From: an uncultured delta proteobacterium
Lineage (GTDB): Bacteria; Desulfobacterota; Syntrophia; Syntrophales; UBA2185
DNA length: 64,000 bases
Assembly (NCBI GenBank): GCA_963729715.1
Contig: CAVSPA010000007.1
Location: 64,001 to 128,000, forward strand
Reading direction: 5' to 3'
Shown here: positions 49,157 to 60,570 of the stretch, piece by piece
Layout: each line of letters begins with the position of its first letter
Numbering within the stretch: position 1 is the stretch's first letter
The notes under the pieces: generated by a model
The model's input: the letters and a program-made list of their open reading frames with translations, nothing else
The model's database searches: none
What the model was told of the DNA's origin: nothing
Made by a program: the position numbers and the translations under genes

Positions 49157-49464
49157 AAAGAATGAAAAAAATCATCTTCATCGGAATAACGGGACTAATG
49201 CTGTTTTCCGGCAGTTTCATCCGACAGGCTGTCAGCGCCGAGAACATTCAAATTGCAAATCCGGCATCAGTATACTGTGTGCAATCCGGCTATACACTGG
49301 AGATCAGAACCAACGCCGACGGAAGTGAATACGGGGTTTGTATCTTCCCCGACAGCAACGAATGTGAAGAATGGACTTTCTTCAGGAATGAGTGCGGCGC
49401 GGGATACAGGAACGTCCCCGATATCAAGAGAGAAGGGAAGAACATTCCCGCGGAAAAACAGTAA
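49153..49464 (+). CDS. DUF333 domain secreted protein
   Basis: Signal peptide; ANPASVYC...GVC...CEEW.FFR.EC motif. Confidence 0.85.
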   Translation: MKRMKKIIFIGITGLMLFSGSFIRQAVSAENIQIANPASVYCVQSGYTLEIRTNADGSEYGVCIFPDSNECEEWTFFRNECGAGYRNVPDIKREGKNIPAEKQ

Positions 49465-49605
49465 AGAACCCCGTGCTTCCGCACGGGGCATTAAAACTCA
49501 AAATCTAACTGCTTGGGAGCTTTTCTTCATGCTTATGATACTCAATTCCTAAAGAACGGAAACCCTTTCCTCCCCGTGCTTCCGCACGGGGTATCCAGGG
49601 TTTGA
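49462..49605. mobile_element. Non-autonomous IS200/IS605-family miniature element (PATE-like)
   Basis: Two identical hairpins CCCCGTGC-TTCC-GCACGGGG (49469-49488 and 49572-49591); the second is nested in AAACCCT...AGGGTTT; no transposase; boundaries approximate. Confidence 0.7.
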
Positions 49606-49658
49606 TTTTCATGAAGGAATGATAAAAGGTTAGGCAGTTTATCCTTCACGATGAGGCC

Positions 49659-50144
49659 ATGACGACGAAAGACCATTTCCCGGCAACGCCAGCTATTCGC
49701 GTCCTCAAGGATGAAGGGGTGAGCTTTACTCTTCGTCCTTACAAATATGAGGAACGGGGCGGTACTGAAGTGGCCGCAAGAGAGCTCGGTGTGGATGAGC
49801 ACATGGCGATCAAGACCCTTGTCATGGAGGATGATCGGAAGAGGCCCTTCATCATCCTCATGCACGGAGACAGGGAAGTATCGACGAAAGAGCTGGCCAG
49901 GCTTCTGGGGGTTAAGTCCGTCCAGCCGTGTGCTCCGAGAACGGCTCAAAAACACACCGGCTATATGATCGGAGGCACTTCCCCCTTCGGCATAAGAAAG
50001 AAGCTCCCCATATATATCGAAGAGACGCTCCTCGATTTTCAGAAAATGCTCATCAATGCCGGGAGGAAGGGGCTGCTCGCGGAGATGGCGACCGAAGACC
50101 TTCTCCGTATACTGTCCCCGCAGCCGGTCAAGGTGGCAAGATAA
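49659..50144 (+). CDS. ybaK: Cys-tRNA(Pro) deacylase (YbaK/EbsC family)
   Basis: TPAIR, KTLV, GYMIGGTSPFG and INAGRKG motifs. Confidence 0.9.
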   Translation: MTTKDHFPATPAIRVLKDEGVSFTLRPYKYEERGGTEVAARELGVDEHMAIKTLVMEDDRKRPFIILMHGDREVSTKELARLLGVKSVQPCAPRTAQKHTGYMIGGTSPFGIRKKLPIYIEETLLDFQKMLINAGRKGLLAEMATEDLLRILSPQPVKVAR

Positions 50145-50213
50145 GGCATGCCGCCGACCGCAGAATAACGAGGAAGCCTGTCAGCAGAGGCTCTCCTGGA
50201 GAAAGGGTCACAC

Positions 50214-50687
50214 GTGATGGATGTAGAAAATACCGTCCTTGTCTGCAAAAAATGCGGCGCGAAATACAGTGCTCCTCAGGATCGTCTTCAATGCGGACGC
50301 TGTCATGCCCCCCTTCTTGTCGGTGAAAGGAAAATCGTAGCCCTCAATGTCTCTGACGTCGACTTCGCCCGCGAGGTTCTCGCCTCTCCATGTCCTGTCC
50401 TTCTCGTGACGTGGGCACCGTGGTGCGCATACTGCCGCATGCTTCATCCTATCATCGAGCGCATCGCCGCAGAGTACAAAGACCGGCTGAAGGTGGCCAG
50501 GCTGAATGTCGAAGATAATCCGGCAGTGTCTTCACAATACGCAGTCCAGGGCGTCCCGACAATACTTATGTTTAAGGACGGAAAGCTCGTAAACAAGATG
50601 GTAGGTGTGCTTTCAAGGGAAGAGATCGAAAGACAGATGAAGGTGGTCTTGAGGGTCGACTCCGGGGATGCTGCACCTGACTCTTGA
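50214..50687 (+). CDS. TrxC-like thioredoxin with an N-terminal zinc finger
   Basis: CKKC and CGRC zinc finger; WAPWCAYC active site; cis-Pro motif GVPT. Confidence 0.85.
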   Translation: MMDVENTVLVCKKCGAKYSAPQDRLQCGRCHAPLLVGERKIVALNVSDVDFAREVLASPCPVLLVTWAPWCAYCRMLHPIIERIAAEYKDRLKVARLNVEDNPAVSSQYAVQGVPTILMFKDGKLVNKMVGVLSREEIERQMKVVLRVDSGDAAPDS

Positions 50688-50829
50688 TATTTCTATTTTC
50701 ACTGGCTTAGCCATATCAGGACATGTGAATTTGAAGTGAAATGCTGCTCCATTTCTTCGCTTTTCCAAGAAAATTAAATGATCTAACAAAATAAAGTCGC
50801 CAACTATTTACATACCCGCTTTTCTCTGA

Positions 50830-52932
<2,103 letters not shown>

Positions 52933-52967
52933 GATGTGAGACGAGAAGCGGGAACTGGGGTAGATTC

Positions 52968-54260
52968 TTAGACTATCGCGTTAGCGGAACAAAGCGGTAT
53001 GACGTACGGCCCTTCCGGGACAACGGCTACGTGAGGATCGGCATGGGTTCTGACGCTGTCGGCAATGGCCTTTGAGGGTGATGCGATGCTATGTACTGCG
53101 GTCAGTGAGTGTTGATCTTCCGTGAGGCCTTCACTGTAAAGATAGATGTTCGCCTGCTTCATAGCTTTGACGAGCATCTCTGACTGCCACTCGTCGATCG
53201 AGGCAGAGCGTTTCTGCAGAAGTTCTTTGAGAAAACGGTCAGGCCCCAGGCAAATCAATCTCCTTTGCGCCTCTACAAATTCAGGAGACCCCAGACCCCC
53301 GCGACACTCGGAAACGATGATCAGATTTCCTCCGGGTTCCAGGATATCAATCACTCCGACCATTCCTTTCACCGTCTGGTAATAGGTGCCATCAAGGGGA
53401 TGGCCTGCGGAGCTCGTGACAACGGTCTTAAACCTCCGCGGCACTGCGATTTCCGAATAGGGACGCACGAAGGCCACCGCATCGAGATGGCTCGCTTCGA
53501 TATCCCCGAAATTGACAAAGGATATCCGCCGGTCTTCATCGATGACGGTGTTCACTGCGAAAGCCCTTCCCACCAACTTCAAAATATCCAACTGCGCGCC
53601 GTGAATGGGATTGCCTTCCAAAATACAGTTAGCAGCCCGGCAATGCTCTAACATTCGCGCGGAATGGAATACCCTTATCGTGTCTTCATGAGCAACACCC
53701 GGCGCGATTATTTTCCTGCCCCCCGAATAGCCGGCCATGAAATGAGGCTCCACCAGTCCCACGACGATGCGTAAATCGGCGCGCACAAACCGGTGGTCGA
53801 GTTTTACCGGTATGTCACCTGGCAGGGCTCCCAGGGACAGATGGTCTTCGGGATTGCGGGCAAAATGATTGACAACCGGGACTGTCGTAAGCACCCAGTC
53901 GCTGCCTACTACTTCGCGGAGCTCTTCCCCTTCGTTCGGCCTGTGCAGGCCTGTGGCGACAAGCACGGTAATAGCCTGCGGCTTGATACCGGCTCGTATC
54001 AGTTCTTTTACGAGAGTGGGCAAGACGGTCCCGTTGGGCACAGGACGGGTGATGTCACAGATCAGGATGCAGGCGCTCCGGCACTCCCTTGCCTCTTCGA
54101 AGAGCGATTTACATCCCACGGGATTGAGAAGGGCAGACGCCATGGCGCTCTCCGGATCATTCAGCACGGGCATGGAATTTTTGCGGATTACTTCTGCATC
54201 AAGCCCATCGGGAAGATTTAGAGTAAGCCCATTTCTGCCATACCTCATGACGACGCGCAT
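52968..54260 (-). CDS. larA: Nickel-pincer-dependent lactate racemase (LarA) family protein
   Basis: DITRP, ATGLHR, EPHFMAGYSGGRK and YQTVK motifs; substrate not determinable from sequence. Confidence 0.88.
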   Translation of the reverse strand: MRVVMRYGRNGLTLNLPDGLDAEVIRKNSMPVLNDPESAMASALLNPVGCKSLFEEARECRSACILICDITRPVPNGTVLPTLVKELIRAGIKPQAITVLVATGLHRPNEGEELREVVGSDWVLTTVPVVNHFARNPEDHLSLGALPGDIPVKLDHRFVRADLRIVVGLVEPHFMAGYSGGRKIIAPGVAHEDTIRVFHSARMLEHCRAANCILEGNPIHGAQLDILKLVGRAFAVNTVIDEDRRISFVNFGDIEASHLDAVAFVRPYSEIAVPRRFKTVVTSSAGHPLDGTYYQTVKGMVGVIDILEPGGNLIIVSECRGGLGSPEFVEAQRRLICLGPDRFLKELLQKRSASIDEWQSEMLVKAMKQANIYLYSEGLTEDQHSLTAVHSIASPSKAIADSVRTHADPHVAVVPEGPYVIPLCSANAIV

Positions 54261-54286
54261 GATCGTTTCACCCTAACAGGTTATTT

Positions 54287-54991
54287 CTACATGCCCAGGT
54301 AGGCCTGCCTGACGAGATCGGATTTCAAGAGGTCTTCGCCTTTTCCTTCGAGGACGACGCGGCCGCTCTGCAGGACATAGGCGCGGTGCGATATCTGGAG
54401 GGCTTCATGAACATTCTGCTCCACCAAGAGAACTGTGACGCCGTTGCGATTGATGTCCTGCACTATCTCGAAGATTTCCGAAACTAGTTTCGGCCCCAGT
54501 CCGAGCGACGGCTCATCGAGCATCAGCAGCGACGGATGGGACATGAGACCCCGCGCGATGGCCAGCTGCTGCTGTTCTCCGCCGCTAAAGGTATCCGAGC
54601 GCTGCCCTTTTCTCTCCCTCAAGATGGGAAAGATATTGAAGACGCGCTCCATCATGCTCTCTGTCTCTTCCTGCGAGTCCAGGGCATAGGCCCCGAGAAT
54701 GAGGTTATCGAGAACGGAGAGGCGACCGAAGAGCCGCCGTCCTTCGGGAATCATCGAAATCCTTTTCTTCACAATATCGTAAGGGGGCATTTTATGGATC
54801 GGTACGTTGTCGAAAATAATCTCCCCTTTTTCAGGATGCATCAGGCCGGCAATGGTCTTCACGATGGTAGATTTCCCCGCGCCGTTGGAACCTACAAGGC
54901 TGACGATTTCCCCCTTGTCAATCTGAAGAGAGACATCCTGCACGGCCGTAAGGCCCTTATACCCGACGGAAATATTGTTAACAGACAACAC
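54287..54991 (-). CDS. LIV-type ABC transporter ATP-binding protein (LivF-like)
   Basis: GSNGAGKS, PEGRRLF, SGGEQQ and LDEPSLGL motifs. Confidence 0.92.
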   Translation of the reverse strand: MLSVNNISVGYKGLTAVQDVSLQIDKGEIVSLVGSNGAGKSTIVKTIAGLMHPEKGEIIFDNVPIHKMPPYDIVKKRISMIPEGRRLFGRLSVLDNLILGAYALDSQEETESMMERVFNIFPILRERKGQRSDTFSGGEQQQLAIARGLMSHPSLLMLDEPSLGLGPKLVSEIFEIVQDINRNGVTVLLVEQNVHEALQISHRAYVLQSGRVVLEGKGEDLLKSDLVRQAYLGM

Positions 54992-55715
54992 GATACTTAT
55001 CCCCTAAATAGGCCTGGATGACTTCCGGGCTGGAGCACACCTCTTTCGGCGCTCCCTCCATGATTTTTTTCCCCGTGTTCAAGACGATAACGCGGTCCGA
55101 TATCTCCATAACGGCTTCCATCACGTGTTCCACGATGACGAGGGTCATACCCTGACTGCGGATCTTCTTAATGAGGTCGATAATCTGCCGCAGTTCAACC
55201 GGGGTGAGCCCGGCCATTGATTCATCGAGCATTAGCAGCTTGGGTTGCGTCGCGAGCGCCATGGAAACCTCAAGGCGCTTCTTATCGGCGATGGTCAATT
55301 CCGTACCCAGGAATGATTTCTTATCAATAAGACCGGTGAATGCTAACATCTCCAGCGCCTTGTCAGTTGCCGGTCCTATTGTGCCGAAGCGGAGGAGCGC
55401 CCCGGTAACTACGTTTTCCAGAACGGTCATGTCGCTGATGACCTGAACGACCTGAAAGGTCCGGGCAATGCCCAGTTTGCAGATCTTATCGGCGCGCATA
55501 CGGTAGATGTCTCTGCCGAAGAATGAAACCTTGCCGCTGCTCGGCTTATAAAAGCCTGTGATGCAGTTGAAGAGGGTGGATTTCCCTGCCCCATTCGGGC
55601 CTATGATGCTGACTATTTCACCTTCTTCAATGAAGAAGTCGATGTCCTGATTCGCCGCCAGACCGCCGAACCATTTCGTCATCCCTTTTACATCCAAACA
55701 GATTGCCTTATTCAT
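54978..55715 (-). CDS. LIV-type ABC transporter ATP-binding protein (LivG-like)
   Basis: FGGL, GPNGAGKS, GIARTFQ, VEH and AYLG motifs. Confidence 0.92.
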   Translation of the reverse strand: MNKAICLDVKGMTKWFGGLAANQDIDFFIEEGEIVSIIGPNGAGKSTLFNCITGFYKPSSGKVSFFGRDIYRMRADKICKLGIARTFQVVQVISDMTVLENVVTGALLRFGTIGPATDKALEMLAFTGLIDKKSFLGTELTIADKKRLEVSMALATQPKLLMLDESMAGLTPVELRQIIDLIKKIRSQGMTLVIVEHVMEAVMEISDRVIVLNTGKKIMEGAPKEVCSSPEVIQAYLGDKYRVVC

Positions 55716-56677
55716 TTTATTCTATTCCCTATTCTGGAAAGGAGTCCCCATACGCCCTGCGGCTGGTAGACGGAAATGATGGTTATCAGAAAACCGTAGA
55801 TCAGCATGTCCACACCCGTACCCCTATGACCCAGCCATACACGTGTAACCTCGGCGATCGGAATAAGCACGGCGGCCCCGATGACGGGCCCCATTACGGA
55901 ACCGGCGCCCCCGAGCATGGATAAAAGCACAATCTGAATGGATATTGCCAGCAGCATGACACTCTCCGGATCGATGTAAAGCACATACTGCGCATAAAAG
56001 GTGCCGGCCATGGCGCTCAGAAAGGCGCTGATCATGATCGCTATGAGACGGTAGCGGACAACGTTCACGCCAAGGACTTCCGCCACATCATGACTCTCCT
56101 TGATGGCGCGAAAATAGTAGCCCATTTTCGATGTCGCAACAAAATAGCAGACGATTAGGGCAAGAATCAGAAAGGCCAGCATGATATAGTAGTAGGGCAC
56201 CTTCGAGCTGTGGAACATGAAATTGACGAAGGATTCGTCGAGCATTGGGAGAGATATCCCCTCGGCGGCATTTACCAGTGTCCAGTTATTGAAATGGACT
56301 CTTACAATTTCGGCAAACGCAATGCTCGCAATGGCGAAATAATGGCCGCGCAGATTGGAGCAGGGATAGCCGATTGTGGCGGCAACGAGCGCTGCTACCA
56401 CACCTCCCGCAATCAGCCCGATCCAGGGATTCACATGGAACGTCATCAGCAGAAAGGAAGAGGTATAGGCGCCGATCCCGAAAAAGGCCGCCTGGCCGAA
56501 GGAGAACATGCCGGCATAACCGCCCATGATGTTCCAGGCCACGCCCAGCATGGCATACATGAACACGAGGATCATGACCTGCAACGGAAATATCTGTGTC
56601 ACCACCATCGGGAAGATGAGGAGCAGAAACAGGACTGTCAGCCCGACCGTCATTGTCTTAGGGGATAGGTTCTTCAT
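55712..56677 (-). CDS. LIV-type ABC transporter permease (LivM-like)
   Basis: GYAGMFSFGQAAFFGIGAY, LRGHYFAI and LGGAGS..GP motifs. Confidence 0.92.
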   Translation of the reverse strand: MKNLSPKTMTVGLTVLFLLLIFPMVVTQIFPLQVMILVFMYAMLGVAWNIMGGYAGMFSFGQAAFFGIGAYTSSFLLMTFHVNPWIGLIAGGVVAALVAATIGYPCSNLRGHYFAIASIAFAEIVRVHFNNWTLVNAAEGISLPMLDESFVNFMFHSSKVPYYYIMLAFLILALIVCYFVATSKMGYYFRAIKESHDVAEVLGVNVVRYRLIAIMISAFLSAMAGTFYAQYVLYIDPESVMLLAISIQIVLLSMLGGAGSVMGPVIGAAVLIPIAEVTRVWLGHRGTGVDMLIYGFLITIISVYQPQGVWGLLSRIGNRIK

Positions 56678-56680
56678 ACA

Positions 56681-57541
56681 TTACCACCCTAAGAGCCCCT
56701 GCGGCCTGATCCAGATTGTGATTAAGTAGATCATAAAAACGATGGCATATTTATATGCCGGATCAAAGAAAAAACCGCCCAGTGTCTGCGCCAGCCCGAC
56801 CAGAACACCAGCGATGAAGGCCCCTTCTATGCTTCCGAAACCTCCCAGGGCAACAATGGAAAAAGCTATGAGTCCGAAAAGACCACCCACCTGGGGATAG
56901 ATATAATAATAAGTGGATAAGAATGCGCCAGCCACTCCCACGAGAGCGGCGCCTATGCCGAAGGACAGGGAGTTGATGCGCTCAGTATTTATGCCCATCA
57001 GCAACGCTGCTTCCCTGTCCATTTCCGTGGCCAGAATCGCTTTGCCGGTCTTCGACTTTCTCAGGAACAGGAAAAGACATAACGAAGTGATTATGCTCCC
57101 GATCGATGCGACTGTTTTGGGAATGCTCAGTTTGACCTCCCCGAAGTCCCATGTTCCCTGAAGGATAGTCGGGGGAATGAGGCGGAAATCCGGTGTCCAG
57201 AGGTAAACGGCGAGGTTGGAAAGGAAGATGCTGACGCCGAAGGTGACGACCAGTTGTGCGAGCATCGGTCCTTTCATCACTTTGCTCACGATGAAACGGT
57301 AGATAAACATCCCCATCAAAAAAAGGAGAAGAAAACATATCGGTATGGAAAAGAGGGGGTCCAGACCATACATGGTGAATAGCCAGAAGGAGGTAAACAT
57401 CCCGATCATCAGGAATTCACCGTGAGCAAAATTGACGATATTCATGACGCCCCAGATAAGGCTGAGGCCGATGGCAATCAGGGAATACATGAAACCTATC
57501 AACAAACCGTTGACGATCTGTTGGAGTAATTGCTCAGGCAT
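56681..57541 (-). CDS. LIV-type ABC transporter permease (LivH-like)
   Basis: YSLIAIGLSLIWG, VNFAHG, LGGFGS and RPQGLLG motifs. Confidence 0.92.
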   Translation of the reverse strand: MPEQLLQQIVNGLLIGFMYSLIAIGLSLIWGVMNIVNFAHGEFLMIGMFTSFWLFTMYGLDPLFSIPICFLLLFLMGMFIYRFIVSKVMKGPMLAQLVVTFGVSIFLSNLAVYLWTPDFRLIPPTILQGTWDFGEVKLSIPKTVASIGSIITSLCLFLFLRKSKTGKAILATEMDREAALLMGINTERINSLSFGIGAALVGVAGAFLSTYYYIYPQVGGLFGLIAFSIVALGGFGSIEGAFIAGVLVGLAQTLGGFFFDPAYKYAIVFMIYLITIWIRPQGLLGW

Positions 57542-57559
57542 ATATCGATCCTTGCAAGC

Positions 57560-57602
57560 ACACTGACAGGCGGGCTTGGAAAGAAAACCCGCCTGTCAGT
57601 GT
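57560..57602 (-). other. Intra-operon stem-loop after the solute-binding protein gene
   Basis: ACACTGACAGGCGGG / CCCGCCTGTCAGTGT form a perfect 15-bp stem. Confidence 0.7.
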
Positions 57603-57617
57603 CCCATACTGTGTTGA

Positions 57618-58886
57618 TTATTTTTTGCCTTTCCATCCAGGGAAGGGCCAGACGACATCCTTAGCGGCCGATGCAAACGGCCAGATGGTTACATACTGCT
57701 GGTTCTGAACCTGCACCAACCCACCCTGGGCGTAGATGTTCTGGTGCGACTGGGGATCGAACTTGATCCCCTTCCATGGATAGATTACCTGGCTGCCCGG
57801 GATGTTCGTCTCCAGGAGCGCTTTCACGACAGCTTCGCTGTTGGTGGATCTCGCCCTGTTGAAGGCATCCGCCAGAACAAAGGGGGCCATGAAACTGCGG
57901 GCCGCGTTTTCGCTCATATCTATGCCGTATTTCTTTTTGAAAAGCTGACTCACTTTTGTCACGAGTGGTTTCTTCTTGCCAAGGTCCAATGCAAAGGTCG
58001 AACGGACAATGATATTATTGCCGTCCGCTTTCACAGCCGGCAGATAACCAGGCTCGATGTAACCGGCCATGGTCAGGATGCCTTTCGGTGCGAAGCCCAT
58101 TTCCTTAAAGGTCTTGGTGAAGAGGATGGCGTCAGTGATATAGGAGGCATGCATCAATACATCGGGTTTGCTCTTAATCAGATTACCCACTTCACTTGTC
58201 ACGTCAGTGGCGTTCGCTGCATAGGAGATATCCGCCACGACTTTATAGCCAAATTCCTCTGCGTATTTCCTCGCATATTTACCCACATTGGAACCGAACT
58301 CCGTATTTTCATAGAGGATGGCGACGGTCGCAATCTTCTTGCCCTTTTTTTTCTCCACGTCTTTCAGGAACTGGAACCAGTCCCTAGCAAAGATTGCATC
58401 ATGGGGACTGACCCGGAAGAAGTATTTGAAATTTCGTTCCGTCAGCGTTGGTGATGAAGAATCGGAACAGACGTAAGGCACTTTGAGTCTTTCCGTAGCC
58501 TGACTGGCGGTCTTGGTAACCGAGCTCTGATAGGCGCCGATAATGGCGACGACCTTCTCCTGAGTAATCAATCTTTCGGTCTCGGACATGCCATTTTTCG
58601 GCTCACCCTTGGTGTCGGCGTAGACGACCTCCAGCTTGGCCCCTCCCAGATTGGGAAGGCCGCCGGTTTTCGCCATAGGCAGATCGAGTTCTTTGCCGTA
58701 TTTGCCGTTGATGATATCCACAGCAAGATCAACGCCTCTCTTGCAATCGAGCCCTGTCGAGGCGATATTCCCGCTCAGAGGATAGACGCCCCCGATCTTG
58801 ATGACGCCCTGCGCCAGCACCGGTGCTGAAAAGACCAGAAGCAGAGACATGGACAAGCAGATTGTAATCCAACTCTTCGCCTTCAT
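57618..58886 (-). CDS. LIV-type ABC transporter periplasmic substrate-binding protein
   Basis: AGGAGG RBS; signal peptide ending VLA; IKIG..YPLSG, GAYQSSVT, YFFR and ENTEFG motifs. Confidence 0.9.
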   Translation of the reverse strand: MKAKSWITICLSMSLLLVFSAPVLAQGVIKIGGVYPLSGNIASTGLDCKRGVDLAVDIINGKYGKELDLPMAKTGGLPNLGGAKLEVVYADTKGEPKNGMSETERLITQEKVVAIIGAYQSSVTKTASQATERLKVPYVCSDSSSPTLTERNFKYFFRVSPHDAIFARDWFQFLKDVEKKKGKKIATVAILYENTEFGSNVGKYARKYAEEFGYKVVADISYAANATDVTSEVGNLIKSKPDVLMHASYITDAILFTKTFKEMGFAPKGILTMAGYIEPGYLPAVKADGNNIIVRSTFALDLGKKKPLVTKVSQLFKKKYGIDMSENAARSFMAPFVLADAFNRARSTNSEAVVKALLETNIPGSQVIYPWKGIKFDPQSHQNIYAQGGLVQVQNQQYVTIWPFASAAKDVVWPFPGWKGKK

Positions 58887-59048
58887 CGTGATACCTCCTT
58901 TTTGAATATGATTGTTCATGATTTCATCGATGCCTAAACATTTTCCGCATCGTTACACCTTGAAGACAAGGCGCATAAATATTAAGAGGTTAGGCGTACA
59001 GACATATGCCCTATGCAACACAAGTCTCGCTTCTCTAACATAAAAGAT

Positions 59049-60374
59049 TCAGTCGAGCAAGATGATTTGCAGGTCCATCACATTTGTGCCTGTGGGACCC
59101 GTGATAAAGAGGCCACCTGCTGCCTTGAAGAAATGATAGGAGTCATTATTCTTCAAATAATCATCCGGGTTGATTCCGGCACCCTCCGCTCTCTCAATGG
59201 TACCGCCGTCAACAATGGCGCCTGCAGCGTCTGTGGGACCGTCCGTACCATCGGTGCCTGCGGAAAGAAGGGTTATGCCCTGCATGCCTCTAATCTCTTG
59301 CCCAAAGGCGAGGGCCAGTTCCGTATTTCTTCCCCCCAAGCCCTTTCCCCGCACAGTCACAGTTGTCTCCCCGCCGGAGATGAGACAGATCTTTATCTGA
59401 GGCCTTCCGGCCAATCCCCGGCGCGCTTCGATTGCTTTGCGGGCAAGCCAGGCGGCTACGTCTCTTGCCTCACCCTGCAGATCCGCGGAGATGACTTCTG
59501 TCTGATACCCGCGGCCTTCGGCTTCTCTTTTCGCCGTTTCAATCGCTTTCTTGTTGCTTCCTACTATGACGTTTTGCACCCGCGTAAAAACAGGATTCCC
59601 TTCTTTCGGGGTCTCGGGGATTTTCCCTGCAGCGCCGCGGAAAAAGATGAGGCGGGCTTTTTCAGGGATCTTATTTCCCAGGTCATAGCGTTTGATGACC
59701 TTCAGGGCGTCCTCAAAGGTCGTCTGATCAGGTGATGTCGGACCGGAGGCGATCACATCCAGCGGGTCGCCTATGACATCCGAAAGAATCAAGGAAAGAA
59801 CTCCCGCCGGATAGGCGATTTCGGCGAGTCTCCCGCCCTTGATCCGTGAGAGATGTTTCCTTACTGTATTCAGTTCCTGGATATTGGCACCGGCCTTGAG
59901 CAGTAACTGTGTGATCTCTTGCTTTTCGGCCAAGGAAATATCCTTGTGCGGAGCAACCAGTAAGGCAGAGCCGCCGCCGGAGATGAGACAAACGACGAGT
60001 GTCGCACTGTCCGCTTCTTCGAGAAGTCCGATGACCCTTTCCGTTGCCAGGACACCCGGAAGGTCCGGAACGGGATGGGCCGCCTCGTATACCTCGATCT
60101 TACGGGAGACTCCTCCCTCCTGCACATGGCCGTACTTGGTAATCATGATCCCTTTCGTCAGAAGATCATCCGCTAAATCGGATACGGCCTTTGTCATCGG
60201 ATATGCCGCCTTGCCGAAACTGACGAGGTAAAGTTTCCCGTAGTTCCCTTCACGATAGATCGAGCGGATCTCTTCGATACGCTCTTTGATGAGACCATAA
60301 GGATCAATCGCTTTCAATACTGCATGAAAGATGTCCGCGGTTATCCTTTGACTGCGATTATTTTTCATAGACAT
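59049..60374 (-). CDS. Glycerate 2-kinase (MOFRL/TtuD family)
   Basis: GKAA, AAHPVPD, ISGGGSAL, IASGPT, GGETTV, GGRN, GTDG.DG and GPTGTNVMD motifs. Confidence 0.92.
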   Translation of the reverse strand: MSMKNNRSQRITADIFHAVLKAIDPYGLIKERIEEIRSIYREGNYGKLYLVSFGKAAYPMTKAVSDLADDLLTKGIMITKYGHVQEGGVSRKIEVYEAAHPVPDLPGVLATERVIGLLEEADSATLVVCLISGGGSALLVAPHKDISLAEKQEITQLLLKAGANIQELNTVRKHLSRIKGGRLAEIAYPAGVLSLILSDVIGDPLDVIASGPTSPDQTTFEDALKVIKRYDLGNKIPEKARLIFFRGAAGKIPETPKEGNPVFTRVQNVIVGSNKKAIETAKREAEGRGYQTEVISADLQGEARDVAAWLARKAIEARRGLAGRPQIKICLISGGETTVTVRGKGLGGRNTELALAFGQEIRGMQGITLLSAGTDGTDGPTDAAGAIVDGGTIERAEGAGINPDDYLKNNDSYHFFKAAGGLFITGPTGTNVMDLQIILLD

Positions 60375-60570
60375 GGAACCCTTCGCGGGACTTTGACAGA
60401 AAATGACTAATGCGAAAATATCGTTTATGTTTACGATAACCGATAAACTTCGTCAATTTGTTTTTTATCTGATGAATTTTTTTCCAATTTGATTATAATA
60501 GCTTCGTCCTGTATGTATCCTGTGAAGCAGCCACAGGCAGAAAAATGTCGCAAGAAAAGAAGGACAGACG

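Noticed and set aside
49469..49591. Two identical 20-nt repeats as a minimal CRISPR array
   Set aside because: Only two units, an 83-bp gap, no cas genes, and the context matches IS200/IS605-type ends.
57744..59735. Long plus-strand ORFs 57744-58454 and 59013-59735
   Set aside because: Antisense shadows of the binding-protein and glycerate kinase genes, with no motifs. The same applies to 28026-28760, 52282-52920 and similar ORFs.
60423..60448. GTTTA/CGATAA repeats resembling a sugar-acid repressor operator
   Set aside because: Weak symmetry and no cognate regulator in the window.
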